Of a stretch of 64,000 nt of DNA, positions 47,466 to 57,636 are shown piece after piece (the first letter of the stretch is position 1; the number at the start of each line of letters is the position of its first letter). This stretch comes from a virus. The notes beneath the pieces were generated by a model. The model made no database searches and was not told where the DNA came from. It worked only from the letters and a program-made list of their open reading frames with translations. The translations under genes were made by a program, and so were the position numbers. The stretch is from the IMG/VR virus record IMGVR_UViG_3300002026_000004, positions 36,237 to 100,236 of that record; one strand, 5' to 3'.

Positions 47466-49373
47466 ATGTCTAATGGAATGCCTGATGGAACCACTTTTAG
47501 TGGTAAAGAAGCTAGTGAGTTATTAAAAGAGTTTAAAACTCTTAATGGCTCTCTAGGACAAATATTAAAAACTCTTAATAAAACAGCTAACGCTGATATG
47601 TTTACTAAAAAAGATAATTTAGGAGAAACATTAAAAAGAGAATTTTCTAATTTAGATTCTACATTAAAAGACTCAGGTAAATCAAATCAAGACTATTTAA
47701 AAAAAGCAGAAAAAGTATTAGATAATTTTGATAAGTATGCTAAGGCTAATGAGGATTTAAAGAAATTAACTAAAGAAGAATTAACTAAAATAGTTGATTT
47801 AGAAAAGAATAGATTAAATGATTATAAAGAATTATTAGCATTACAACGTATTCAAAAAGATATGTTGGAAGGTATGATTGGTAATTCTAATAAATTAGCT
47901 TCAGAGAACATTAAGAATTATGATAGAAATAGGTCATTAGGTAAGTCAACACAAGAAGATAAAGAATTAGCTCGTCGTCAATTAAATGATTCTGATAATT
48001 TTCTCGGTGAAGCTATTAAACAAACTTTATTAGACTCTAACCCTATTGTTAGAATGCTTGCTACTAAATTTGGAAAGGCTACTTCTTTAGATCAAACTAA
48101 AAAAAATAGGGAATTCGCTGATGATAATACTAGAGCAGAGTGGCGAAAAGATGCTAATATGCAACATTATGATGCTAGTAATTCTGCTGATGTTAATGAT
48201 GCTTTATTTAGGTCAAATCAAGATGGATATAATGAAAATGCTGAAGGTCAAATTAATGACCTAAGAAGTAGATTAAATGGCGGTTCTGGAATAGATAGAG
48301 TTTCTGGTATGTTAGATAATTTAAAAGAACCAAAAACAAATGATAACTATAAACGTCAAATTAGAAGAAGTAACGGAACATTAGGCCCTCTAAAGAAAAG
48401 TAATATACTACAATTCCCTAAATCTGTATTTGGTGGTGGGAGTTCTTCTGAATATGAGGATTTAGATTCTATTGCTAGTGGAGCGGCAGATAGTAAAAAA
48501 GATACAGTTTCATTAACACCTTCAGCTAATGATGTTAAAAGATTATTAGGAGATGCTGGTGCTGGATATTTATACTTAGGGACATTATTAGATAAACTAA
48601 TAAATAATAATAGTGGAAAAAAATTAGAAGATGAAGTAAAAAAGAGTGATGGTGGTGGAGATGGATTATTAGGATTATTTAAGGGATTAAAAGAATTATT
48701 ACCTATTCTTAAAACAGTAGCACCAATTTTACTAGCCGCAGGACTAGCTTGGAACGTAGGCGAATCTATTGTAAATAACTCTAAAGATTTAAATAATGCT
48801 CAAGCTATAATAGATGGAAAAGACACAGGACTATCTCCTAAAGAAGCTGTACGAGTTTTAGATACTAAATCTAGGCAAGAAACTAATGCTTCTTTTAGTG
48901 GTTATGGAAATGATGAGGTTTCCCCCGGAGCATCTGCTTGGAGACATCAGCAATACCTAATTAAAAAATACGGAAAAGAAGGAGCTGTAGCTCTAAAAGG
49001 TTTTAATGATACTGTTTATTCAAAAGGGAGTACATGGTTACCAACTAATGATGGTGGATGGGAAGCAACTTTTGCTGATTCTCCTGGTATGAAATTTCAT
49101 AATGGTGGAGTTGTTACTGTTCAGAATGGAGAAGGCATTTTACCTGTAGACCAAACACAACAAGGGTTAAGTTCAGGAATGTTACAACAGACTCCTTCAG
49201 GTGGATTACGATTAAACTCAGAACAAAAGACAGATATGTTATTAGAAAAAATATTAGAAGTATTATCAGGGTCATTATTAACAGCAATGAAAGAGAATAA
49301 ACCTACTGAAGCTAAAGAGAGTGTTTATTTTAATCCATTACCTAAAATGATACCTTCTTATGGGAGTAATTAA
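47466..49373 (+). CDS. Tape-measure/baseplate hub protein
   Basis: Coiled coil, Gly-rich hydrophobic segment, KFHNGGV; position in the tail operon. Confidence 0.6.
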   Translation: MSNGMPDGTTFSGKEASELLKEFKTLNGSLGQILKTLNKTANADMFTKKDNLGETLKREFSNLDSTLKDSGKSNQDYLKKAEKVLDNFDKYAKANEDLKKLTKEELTKIVDLEKNRLNDYKELLALQRIQKDMLEGMIGNSNKLASENIKNYDRNRSLGKSTQEDKELARRQLNDSDNFLGEAIKQTLLDSNPIVRMLATKFGKATSLDQTKKNREFADDNTRAEWRKDANMQHYDASNSADVNDALFRSNQDGYNENAEGQINDLRSRLNGGSGIDRVSGMLDNLKEPKTNDNYKRQIRRSNGTLGPLKKSNILQFPKSVFGGGSSSEYEDLDSIASGAADSKKDTVSLTPSANDVKRLLGDAGAGYLYLGTLLDKLINNNSGKKLEDEVKKSDGGGDGLLGLFKGLKELLPILKTVAPILLAAGLAWNVGESIVNNSKDLNNAQAIIDGKDTGLSPKEAVRVLDTKSRQETNASFSGYGNDEVSPGASAWRHQQYLIKKYGKEGAVALKGFNDTVYSKGSTWLPTNDGGWEATFADSPGMKFHNGGVVTVQNGEGILPVDQTQQGLSSGMLQQTPSGGLRLNSEQKTDMLLEKILEVLSGSLLTAMKENKPTEAKESVYFNPLPKMIPSYGSN

Positions 49374-50225
49374 ATGCCAGCAAAAAGCCCTGGAATGTAT
49401 TTAGAGCTTACTTGTGTAGGTTCAACTCCAATTAGTGTTATAGTTCCTTATAGTACAAAATTTGGGTTTTCTTGCTCTCAGAGATGGTTTTACCCATTAA
49501 AAGAATTATATGACATGGTTAAAAACACAATATCTACTGTAGGGGGTATTGCTAAAGGTTTTGGAGGAGCAATAGCCACAGGAGTAGCTATAGCTCAAGG
49601 TACGGAGCAGATTGTTGTACAAACTTCAAAAATATTTGGGTATCAACTATTTAATGAAGCCTTTCAAGCTAGGGCATGGGAAGGAGAAGAACCTGTTAAT
49701 TTATCATTAACTTTAGATTTCTTTTTTGGGATGAATGATAATTATTCTGGAAAAACAGAAGTATACGACCCAATTATGTTAGTAATGTCTAAAACTGTTC
49801 CTAAAAAATTAACAAAAAAAGGTTCTATGATTTTTTCTCCTGGTCCTATTGGTATTTCTGTTTTCAAAGATTATACGGATTCAGTATTCCAAGACTTAAC
49901 TTCAATAGCAACAACAAATGTAAAAAACGCTGGGGATAGTGCGACCTATGATGATAGACATGCTGTTAATAGAACATGGTTGATTAATTTAGGGTACTCT
50001 AAAGATGGGACTAAAATAGAAAAAAGTATTTTTAAATTAAGCAATTTAATTGTTACTCAATCTGGTTTTAATCTTTCTTCTGAAGTTGATTCTGACGGGT
50101 ATCCAATTGAAGGGCAATTAACTTTATCAGTTTCTTCTCAAACGCTTATTGTTGAAAGTGATTTTGCTAATCCAATGGAAAATTATCCATCAGATAGAAA
50201 TATTGCTGGGGGTGGAGGTTTATAA
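49374..50225 (+). CDS. Tail tube initiator/cap-like protein (gp48/gp54-like)
   Basis: AWEGEEPVNLSLTL and DGYPIEGQLTL. Confidence 0.55.
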   Translation: MPAKSPGMYLELTCVGSTPISVIVPYSTKFGFSCSQRWFYPLKELYDMVKNTISTVGGIAKGFGGAIATGVAIAQGTEQIVVQTSKIFGYQLFNEAFQARAWEGEEPVNLSLTLDFFFGMNDNYSGKTEVYDPIMLVMSKTVPKKLTKKGSMIFSPGPIGISVFKDYTDSVFQDLTSIATTNVKNAGDSATYDDRHAVNRTWLINLGYSKDGTKIEKSIFKLSNLIVTQSGFNLSSEVDSDGYPIEGQLTLSVSSQTLIVESDFANPMENYPSDRNIAGGGGL

Positions 50226-50569
50226 TGATAAGTAGATACAATTTTATGTTACCATCAGCAGTAAAAGATACTGATGATGTACAATTCCCTGACCCTCTTT
50301 CTCTTAACTATAAAAAAATTATAGAATCAGATGCTTTTAAAGCACCAGCACTACAAGTAGAAATAGATGAGGATTTTAAGTTAAAACCTTATTTACAAGT
50401 ATATATTTATTATCAGCATATGGGTGATAAGGGACAAGCAGATTGTGATGATATAATTTTAGATATGAATAATATTAAACATACATCATTATTAACAGAA
50501 GGAGATTTACTACTATTCCCTGACCCTAATGAGTTTAGTGCTTTTATTAGTAAAACTACAGGATACTAA
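50225..50569 (+). CDS. Baseplate wedge LysM-like protein (gp53-like)
   Basis: SRY, KPYL..YIYY, IILDMNNI and GDLLLFP. Confidence 0.6.
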   Translation: MISRYNFMLPSAVKDTDDVQFPDPLSLNYKKIIESDAFKAPALQVEIDEDFKLKPYLQVYIYYQHMGDKGQADCDDIILDMNNIKHTSLLTEGDLLLFPDPNEFSAFISKTTGY

Positions 50570-50570
50570 A

Positions 50571-51785
50571 TTGCAGATAAAATATTACTTAGATTGGTAT
50601 ATTAATGATAAGGATGCTTCTCCATTATTAGCAGGATTGAAGTCATTATCTATGAGTTCATCAATATTATCATTATATCCAGTAGCTTCAATGGTGATAC
50701 AACTTCCTGCTTCATTAATAGAATCAGGAGAACTATCTGTAGGAGCTAAAATTACTCTTGACTTTTATAAAGATAATGGTAATACTGTTCGTAGAGAATA
50801 TAAAATATGGAAAATTGCTATGAACTCTTTAGACTCTGCTCGTTCTTTGAGTGGAGTTTATACGATAACATTAATTCATCCTTGGTTCTTTTCCCAAGTT
50901 AATATCTCTAAAGCTTATTATGGTAATACCTTTTTAGTATTAAACCAAATTATGTTTGAAGAACACTATAAGGATTTTAATAATATTAGTATCGATATAT
51001 CTAAAGACTTAATTGCTAAACACTTTAGAACATACCAAACTTCTGGTAGTTTTATTGAGACTAGAATTATGGATAAGTATTATGTTGATAACTCTCCCAC
51101 ATTCATCTATGTTTCTGACCAAAATAACTTTCATGCTCATTCTTTTAAATCAACTCTTATTAAGGACTTTGGAAATAAATTAATAGATACAAGAAGAATT
51201 TCTGAGGTAGCAAAGACACTACAAGATTCTGCTGATAAGGATAGATTATTACAGCCTACTAATATTTCTTATTCATTAAATGCTTCTGGGAATATTTGGA
51301 ATATGTTTTTAAATAAATCTACTTTTCTTTATACTACTCACGATGTTAAAGCTCCTGTATCTCTAGCTTCTGAGGATGCTAGTTATTTCTCTTCAGGATT
51401 TTTTCCTATATCAGCTAGTATAAAAAATATTAAAAATCCATTATCTGTATATATTGATGATTCAGAGTCAAACTCTTTTAATTCTTATTCTAAATTTTTA
51501 TATAAGCAACGGGATTTAATTTTAGACCAAATCTTTTCTTTCGCTTGTACTGCTAATCTTACTATAGAAGTAGGAGAACCAATATCATTATCACTAAAAC
51601 AGCTTGAGGATAAAGATATGAAGAGTTCAGATACTGATTCTATTTTTAGCTCTAATTATTTAATAGTATCATTAGAGCATACCTATAGAAATTCTATAAT
51701 GACAACAACAGCAACTATAGCTAAAGATGCAGTAACTCCTTTAAATGTACCTATAGCTAAGACCTCTTCAGGGTTTCTTTCTTAA
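50571..51785 (+). CDS. Baseplate hub protein (gp27-like)
   Basis: Synteny; VGEPISL and SSNYLIVSLEHTY; TTG start. Confidence 0.55.
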   Translation: MQIKYYLDWYINDKDASPLLAGLKSLSMSSSILSLYPVASMVIQLPASLIESGELSVGAKITLDFYKDNGNTVRREYKIWKIAMNSLDSARSLSGVYTITLIHPWFFSQVNISKAYYGNTFLVLNQIMFEEHYKDFNNISIDISKDLIAKHFRTYQTSGSFIETRIMDKYYVDNSPTFIYVSDQNNFHAHSFKSTLIKDFGNKLIDTRRISEVAKTLQDSADKDRLLQPTNISYSLNASGNIWNMFLNKSTFLYTTHDVKAPVSLASEDASYFSSGFFPISASIKNIKNPLSVYIDDSESNSFNSYSKFLYKQRDLILDQIFSFACTANLTIEVGEPISLSLKQLEDKDMKSSDTDSIFSSNYLIVSLEHTYRNSIMTTTATIAKDAVTPLNVPIAKTSSGFLS

Positions 51786-52260
51786 ATAAGTTTCTAAAGA
51801 AATTATCCCCTTCCTTTTTTGGTTCATTAATTTGTTTAATTAAGTTTTGAACATTATCAAATGTAGGTAATTCAAACCCCATTGAAACTAATGATTGGAA
51901 CTCTGAGGATAGTTGAACTTGACTTTGCTCATCCTGAGAAGAATACTCCTTATTATACATAGCTTTCTTAAACTCTATTCCTAATGAGTTCTTATATTTA
52001 TTAGTATCTTCATCTTCAATTTTCTGTACTAAATGAATAAGATTTTCATCTATTGTATTCCACATATAAAACGAGTAAGTTCTAGTTGCATCAAATATCT
52101 TAGGATAGAGCTTTCCACTATTAATAGATAAAGCTAACTTTAAAAAAGTATCTGTAGATGTTATTTGCTTTGTAGTTTTACCGTCTACCCAATAGGTTAC
52201 TTTTCCTCTGCCAGGGTTAGCTTGGAATACTACATAAAAGAAAGAAATTATATTGTCCAT
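51757..52260 (-). CDS. Hypothetical late protein
   Basis: Late palindrome at 52273; SD GGAG. Confidence 0.6.
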   Translation of the reverse strand: MDNIISFFYVVFQANPGRGKVTYWVDGKTTKQITSTDTFLKLALSINSGKLYPKIFDATRTYSFYMWNTIDENLIHLVQKIEDEDTNKYKNSLGIEFKKAMYNKEYSSQDEQSQVQLSSEFQSLVSMGFELPTFDNVQNLIKQINEPKKEGDNFFRNLFKKETLKRS

Positions 52261-52296
52261 TTTATCTCCATTACTAATTAGTTTTTTACTTTGTGA

Positions 52297-52325
52297 TAGC
52301 CAAAATGGATTATTTGGTATATACT
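52297..52325 (+). promoter_or_regulatory. Middle-class promoter
   Basis: TAGCCA-N17-TATACT. Confidence 0.75.
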
Positions 52326-52341
52326 TACTATGGAGGAATCA

Positions 52342-53595
52342 ATGAACCTATCAATATCTCTACGTCCTATTAAGTTTAAAGATGTATTTAATCAACCGTC
52401 TGTTATAAAGGAGATGTCAAAAAGAGCTAAGGAGAACAACTGGCCTAATGCCATGTTATTAAGAGGAAAAACAGGCTGTGGTAAAACAACAGTAGGACAG
52501 ATTATTGCTATGACAATAAACTGCATTAATCTAAATCAAGATAATGAACCTTGTGGAGAATGCCCATCATGTAAATCTATTATAGAAGAACGATTTGATA
52601 GAGATACTATTGTTTTAGATGGTGGTTCTATTGGACAAAAAACTGATGTAGTAGAATTCTGTAATATTGCTGATATTAGTCCTATGTATGATAAAAAGAG
52701 AATTATGATTATAGAGGAATCAGACCAATTATCTACTTCGGCTAAAAATGCTTTACACAAGATGTTAGAAAAGCCCCGTAATCATGTTCATTTTATTTTA
52801 CTCTCAATGGAATCAGATGGATTACCTCCTTCTATAAAAAATAGGTGTCAGACTTTTACCTTTAAACCTTTCTCTGCTACAGAAATAGCTTTCGGATTAA
52901 AATCTATAATGGAAAAGACAGGAGCTTGGATTGACCCATATATTCCTGATTCATTTAAGACTGAAGGGTTGTTCACTATTGCTCAAGCGTCATTAGGTTC
53001 ATTTAGAGAAGCTATCCAATCTTATGAAAAATGCATAGTAGGGGAGTATTATACTAAAAAAGATATATCAGATAATTTAAATATTATTGATTCAACATCA
53101 TTAAATGAATTATTAAAGTACCTATTAGATATAGATACTAGGTTCTTTGCATTATTTAATTCTTACGATTACAAAGAGTTCTTTAGACTAGGATATAATT
53201 CTGTTGTTAATGCTTTAGTATACTCTGCATCAAAATATATTGACCCTAATAATGAATACTTCCAAGATATTGTTAAAGGAATTTCTACTCATCCTAATCT
53301 AAGTAGAGTTTTAATGCTATTTGATTCAATTACATTAGCTTCTCCTAATTATCTATCTAAACAGGTTATGTTAGGAAAGTTTGCTAATTATTTTATTACT
53401 CATAATTCAAATAGAACCCAATCTAATCCTGAAGTAATAAAGACTCAAGATAAAGGAGCATTAGATACTATTCAAGCTCGTTTAGATTTAGAAGCGCAAG
53501 TTCGTGCAGTATCTACTAAGAATGTTGAAGTAACTGAATTAGGCCCATCTGCTAATTCTAAAGCTTCACGAACGCCAATTGTTACGAGGTTATAA
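52342..53595 (+). CDS. dnaX: Clamp loader subunit (Pol III gamma/tau-like)
   Basis: RPIKFKDV, GKTGCGKTT, PCGECPSC, IIEES and NRCQ. Confidence 0.85.
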   Translation: MNLSISLRPIKFKDVFNQPSVIKEMSKRAKENNWPNAMLLRGKTGCGKTTVGQIIAMTINCINLNQDNEPCGECPSCKSIIEERFDRDTIVLDGGSIGQKTDVVEFCNIADISPMYDKKRIMIIEESDQLSTSAKNALHKMLEKPRNHVHFILLSMESDGLPPSIKNRCQTFTFKPFSATEIAFGLKSIMEKTGAWIDPYIPDSFKTEGLFTIAQASLGSFREAIQSYEKCIVGEYYTKKDISDNLNIIDSTSLNELLKYLLDIDTRFFALFNSYDYKEFFRLGYNSVVNALVYSASKYIDPNNEYFQDIVKGISTHPNLSRVLMLFDSITLASPNYLSKQVMLGKFANYFITHNSNRTQSNPEVIKTQDKGALDTIQARLDLEAQVRAVSTKNVEVTELGPSANSKASRTPIVTRL

Positions 53596-54363
53596 TTGGA
53601 AATTAATGCTAATGATATTTTAATAGGAGTCTTAACTCAAGGCTCCTTTCTACAAGTGAATAAGAAATTACTTATATTTACTAACTGTGACGCTGATGCT
53701 ATTTTAGTTTTTACGGAATTACTATCTGAGTTTAATTATATTAAAGAAAATTATAAGATAGATTCAGATGGTTATTTTTTCTGTACTATTGATTTTTTAG
53801 AATCCCAAATAGGATTAAACTATTATAAACAAAAATCAGCAATAACTCGGTTAGAGAAATATGGGTTTATTTCTACTAAGAATAAAGGATTACCTAGAAA
53901 GCGTTATATTAAGATTAATGCTCAAAAGGTATTAGAAATTATTGGTGCTAATAAAGTTATTAAGAAGGAACCTAAATTAAACAAAGATGAGTTTTACTCT
54001 AAGCTTAATGAAACTTTAATCATAGGTTCACTACAAGATTTTAGAAAGGTTACTGATAATATGACAGACCCCTTAGTATTTAGTATTTATTATTGGACAA
54101 AACTGTATAATAATTTTACTCAAAAATACTTTCAATGGAATTCTAAAACTGTTGGTATATTTAGAACATGGGTAGCACAGAAATTAAAATCTGGTCCTAT
54201 AGATTATTCTGTTTTTAAGGATTTCTTTATTAAACATCTTATGGCTAATAAGCCTTTTGAAGGGATAATTCAGGATTTCTTTTTCTGGTCAAAAGACCAA
54301 TCAGTAAAACCGCATTCAGAGCGTGAAGAAAATTATTCAGAATTATTAAAGGAGATAGAATGA
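53596..54363 (+). CDS. Replication initiator-like winged-helix protein
   Basis: DGYFFCT...IGLNYYKQKSAITRLEKYGFI...KGLPRKRY; TTG start. Confidence 0.6.
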   Translation: MEINANDILIGVLTQGSFLQVNKKLLIFTNCDADAILVFTELLSEFNYIKENYKIDSDGYFFCTIDFLESQIGLNYYKQKSAITRLEKYGFISTKNKGLPRKRYIKINAQKVLEIIGANKVIKKEPKLNKDEFYSKLNETLIIGSLQDFRKVTDNMTDPLVFSIYYWTKLYNNFTQKYFQWNSKTVGIFRTWVAQKLKSGPIDYSVFKDFFIKHLMANKPFEGIIQDFFFWSKDQSVKPHSEREENYSELLKEIE

Positions 54364-55433
54364 GCAGTAAATTAGATGCTATTACTAGTAAATTAAAAAA
54401 GGATTATGGACTAGCAATAGCCAATGTTAATGAATCAGGAGTAGTTCATTTTACTGTTACTGATTCTCCTAATATCAATTATATATTTGGTGGAGGAATT
54501 CCTAGAGGTCGTATTATGACTCTGTTCGGACCTGAGTCTGCTGGTAAAACAGTTATAGCAAATTATCTAGGTGCTCAAATTCAAAGACAAAAGGAATACC
54601 CTAATGTAGTTTTGTTTGTTGATATGGAGCATACCTTTGAAAAGAAATATGCTGAAACTGTTGGATTAGATACTTCCAATGATAAGTTTATTTTTATTCA
54701 TCCTAAGCATGGTGAAGAAGGTTTTGAAATTGTTAAAGCATATACAGAGACTGGTGAAATTGGTATGGTTATTTGGGATTCTGTAGCGGCAACACCATCA
54801 TCTAAATCATTAGGAAAGGATATTGGCTCTGCAACATACGGTGGAACTGCTTCTGTTATGGCAGAAGGATTAAAAGCTGTTAATCCTATTCTATCTCGTT
54901 ATGGAGTTGCTTCTGTTTTCTTAAATCAAGTTAGAGCTAAGATTGGAGGAATGCCTGGATACGGACCACAAGAGAATACTAAAGTTGGTGGATATGCACT
55001 ACCCTTTTATTCATCTTGGATAGCTAGAGTTTCTAATGGTGAAGATACTATTGATGGTAATGAAACTATTGGTAAACAGATTAAAGTTACTAATAAGAAA
55101 TCCAAAGTAGGAATCCCTAAGCGTTCTATTATGCTAGACCTAAATTATCAGTCAGGCTTTAACCCAGATATGGAGTATATTGATTTTATTGTTAATTTAG
55201 GATATGTTAAAAAAGCAGGAGCTTGGTTCTCTTCAGATGAATATGAGTTAAAGGTTCAAGGTCGTAATGGTTTACTTAATACATTAAAAGCTAAACCAAC
55301 ATTATTTGATGAACTAAAGATTAAGATTAATGAATCTTTTTCTAAAGGAACTATATTAGATAATCCTAATGCAGAATCAGATGATGATGACCATCTAGCT
55401 AAGATATTAGATGAAGTAGAAGCAGACGAATAA
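54360..55433 (+). CDS. recA: RecA/UvsX recombinase
   Basis: GGGIPRGRI, GPESAGKT, DMEH, WDSVAA, NQVR and GGYALPFY. Confidence 0.92.
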   Translation: MSSKLDAITSKLKKDYGLAIANVNESGVVHFTVTDSPNINYIFGGGIPRGRIMTLFGPESAGKTVIANYLGAQIQRQKEYPNVVLFVDMEHTFEKKYAETVGLDTSNDKFIFIHPKHGEEGFEIVKAYTETGEIGMVIWDSVAATPSSKSLGKDIGSATYGGTASVMAEGLKAVNPILSRYGVASVFLNQVRAKIGGMPGYGPQENTKVGGYALPFYSSWIARVSNGEDTIDGNETIGKQIKVTNKKSKVGIPKRSIMLDLNYQSGFNPDMEYIDFIVNLGYVKKAGAWFSSDEYELKVQGRNGLLNTLKAKPTLFDELKIKINESFSKGTILDNPNAESDDDDHLAKILDEVEADE

Positions 55434-55441
55434 TTGATTAA

Positions 55442-55471
55442 AAGCCAGTAGTCATATACTGGCTTATTTTT
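55442..55471 (+). terminator. Intrinsic terminator
   Basis: AAGCCAGTA-loop-TACTGGCTT followed by a T-run. Confidence 0.75.
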
Positions 55472-55483
55472 ATAGGAGATATT

Positions 55484-56005
55484 ATGTTAGGAGATTCAAC
55501 TACAATTGATACGTTTGCTCAATATAAACAAACTGAAGAAGAGAAGTTCTTTGAGTTCGTTAATACAAATATTGATAAATTAACTTCATATACTCAAATG
55601 AAGGGGAAGGAATTAAAGTTCTCTGAAGTTAATGACTTCTTAATGAGTTATCAACATGTGAGATTAACATTGATAGGATTAAGTACCTTTACTCAAAACG
55701 AATTAGATAAAGAACAAGAAGCTTTTGATGAATGGTATGCAGATAGATATATATTAATAAGAGCTAGGGAGAATAGGTCAGATTTAGCGGCACAGAAATG
55801 GCTATCAGGAAAAGAAATTGAGATGATGGTTAGACATGAGAATAAAGTTGAATATATTGAAAAGAAAGCTAATTTAACAGTATTATTAAGGAAGGTAGAG
55901 TTCATTCATAAGATGGAAAGGTCATGGGAATCACAGCAATTCATTTTAAGCACTCTTTCTAATAACATTCAATCAGAGGTTTCAATTAACTTCAAAAGTA
56001 ACTAA
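55484..56005 (+). CDS. UvsY-like helical recombination mediator candidate
   Basis: Follows recA; helical, FDEWYAD, SGKEIE. Confidence 0.4.
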   Translation: MLGDSTTIDTFAQYKQTEEEKFFEFVNTNIDKLTSYTQMKGKELKFSEVNDFLMSYQHVRLTLIGLSTFTQNELDKEQEAFDEWYADRYILIRARENRSDLAAQKWLSGKEIEMMVRHENKVEYIEKKANLTVLLRKVEFIHKMERSWESQQFILSTLSNNIQSEVSINFKSN

Positions 56006-56023
56006 TTATTTAAGAGGTTACTA

Positions 56024-56155
56024 ATGGAAGAAACTAAAGATAAAAAAGTTGAGTTAAAAAATATTAAAGAACATAAGGTTCCACTCCCTGCTGATAAAGT
56101 AATTGAGTTTATTGAAAAGATGTTTGAAACTGAAATTATTAGTAAAGGCATGTAA
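56024..56155 (+). CDS. 43-aa hypothetical late protein
   Basis: Late motif at 56001; SD GAGG. Confidence 0.5.
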   Translation: MEETKDKKVELKNIKEHKVPLPADKVIEFIEKMFETEIISKGM

Positions 56156-57208
56156 ATGACTGAATACAGACTATGTAGAGCTAAAATAGAATCTTCTCGT
56201 TTAGCTTTAGATGTTAATAGATACTTATGTAGAATTATTCCTGATATGGAAGATATTACAGAAACAGAATTACTCCCTGATTACCCTTTTTTCTTAAAAA
56301 CAAAACAAGAAATATTAACAGTATCAGATATTGTTTGGTGTTTAGTTTCTGATGATTTTCAATTAGGGTATATATTAGGATTGTGTGAAAATCCTTTAGG
56401 TAGACCTGTTACTGATATTCTTACTGAAATAAATAAAATAGAAGCTGAATTTAACTTACCAATTTCAGAGTTTTCTGATATTAATTTTTCTATTGAAGGT
56501 AGAGTGTACTTAGACTTCTCTAATAAGAAAACTTTAATAAATGGAAGATTAAATTATGCAGGGTCATTGGTTGTATATTCATCTGATGGTAGTATTTTTT
56601 TAAAGGCATTATCATCACAGTTTAGTATGAATAAAGATGGAACAAACTCCTTTACTTCTAAGAAGGAAACTCATACGGTAGATGGAGATTATACAATTGA
56701 AGCAATAAAATCTACAGAAAATATTGTTCAGAAAGTTGAGAATGTAACTTATAATAAAATAGAGAAAGTTGGTGGAATTAAATCTGTATCTGTATTAGGC
56801 TCTTATGAAGAAGCATTTGTTAAAGACGCTTCTTCTACATTCTTATCTAAAAAGAAAGAGACTATTGGTCAAGGTGAGGAAAAGACTATTGTATTAGGTG
56901 GAGCTATGACAACAGTTATGGCGGGGGATTATACTGTATCTGTAGGTATTGGTTCTATTAATTTAACTTCAGGTGCTGGTGTGAATATAAATGCTGGGCC
57001 TACAGGTTTAAATATATTATCTGCTGGTCCTATTAATATAAATGGACCTATTGTTACAATATCTACAGGAATGTTAACTCTTTCTGCTCCTATGATGAAA
57101 ACAGGAATAGGAGTGGCTTCTGGTGCTCCTGGTCCTTTCTGTGCTATTCCCGTTTGTCCTATTACAGGTTTACCTCATACTGGTAATTCTTTTAATGGGA
57201 GTCCATAA
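56156..57208 (+). CDS. Baseplate central spike (gp5/gpV-like)
   Basis: OB-like N-terminus, beta-helix repeats, C-terminal FCAIPVCPITGLPH. Confidence 0.7.
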   Translation: MTEYRLCRAKIESSRLALDVNRYLCRIIPDMEDITETELLPDYPFFLKTKQEILTVSDIVWCLVSDDFQLGYILGLCENPLGRPVTDILTEINKIEAEFNLPISEFSDINFSIEGRVYLDFSNKKTLINGRLNYAGSLVVYSSDGSIFLKALSSQFSMNKDGTNSFTSKKETHTVDGDYTIEAIKSTENIVQKVENVTYNKIEKVGGIKSVSVLGSYEEAFVKDASSTFLSKKKETIGQGEEKTIVLGGAMTTVMAGDYTVSVGIGSINLTSGAGVNINAGPTGLNILSAGPININGPIVTISTGMLTLSAPMMKTGIGVASGAPGPFCAIPVCPITGLPHTGNSFNGSP

Positions 57209-57507
57209 TGTCTTTAGATTATAACTTATTAGCATCAGAAATTGTTAATGCAATTGCTCCTAGAGATTTAGATAATAACTCTAGGGAACAGATGACAACA
57301 GCTTGGAGAAAAATATCAAAAACAATAATTGAGCATATACAAAGAAATGCGGAAGTATCAGTATCAGCAAGAGTTATTACTACTAATGACCCTGATACAG
57401 GAGCTATTACAGATATCTCTATTACAGAAGAACAGACTACAATTTATGATGGAAATGGTGACCCTGCTCCTGCTACTTTCTCACATTTAAGAGGGGGAAT
57501 ATCATAA
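57208..57507 (+). CDS. Baseplate-associated small protein
   Basis: Coupled to the spike gene; IIEHIQRNAEV. Confidence 0.55.
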   Translation: MSLDYNLLASEIVNAIAPRDLDNNSREQMTTAWRKISKTIIEHIQRNAEVSVSARVITTNDPDTGAITDISITEEQTTIYDGNGDPAPATFSHLRGGIS

Positions 57508-57636
57508 TGATAAAAGTAACAAATACTTCTTTATCAATAATTACTGAAGAAGAATTAGAAATATGTAAAAAAAGTATTACAGAAAAAATAAAATCCGAAG
57601 AGAATCAATATCTTCAGGATATGGAGAATCTAATAA

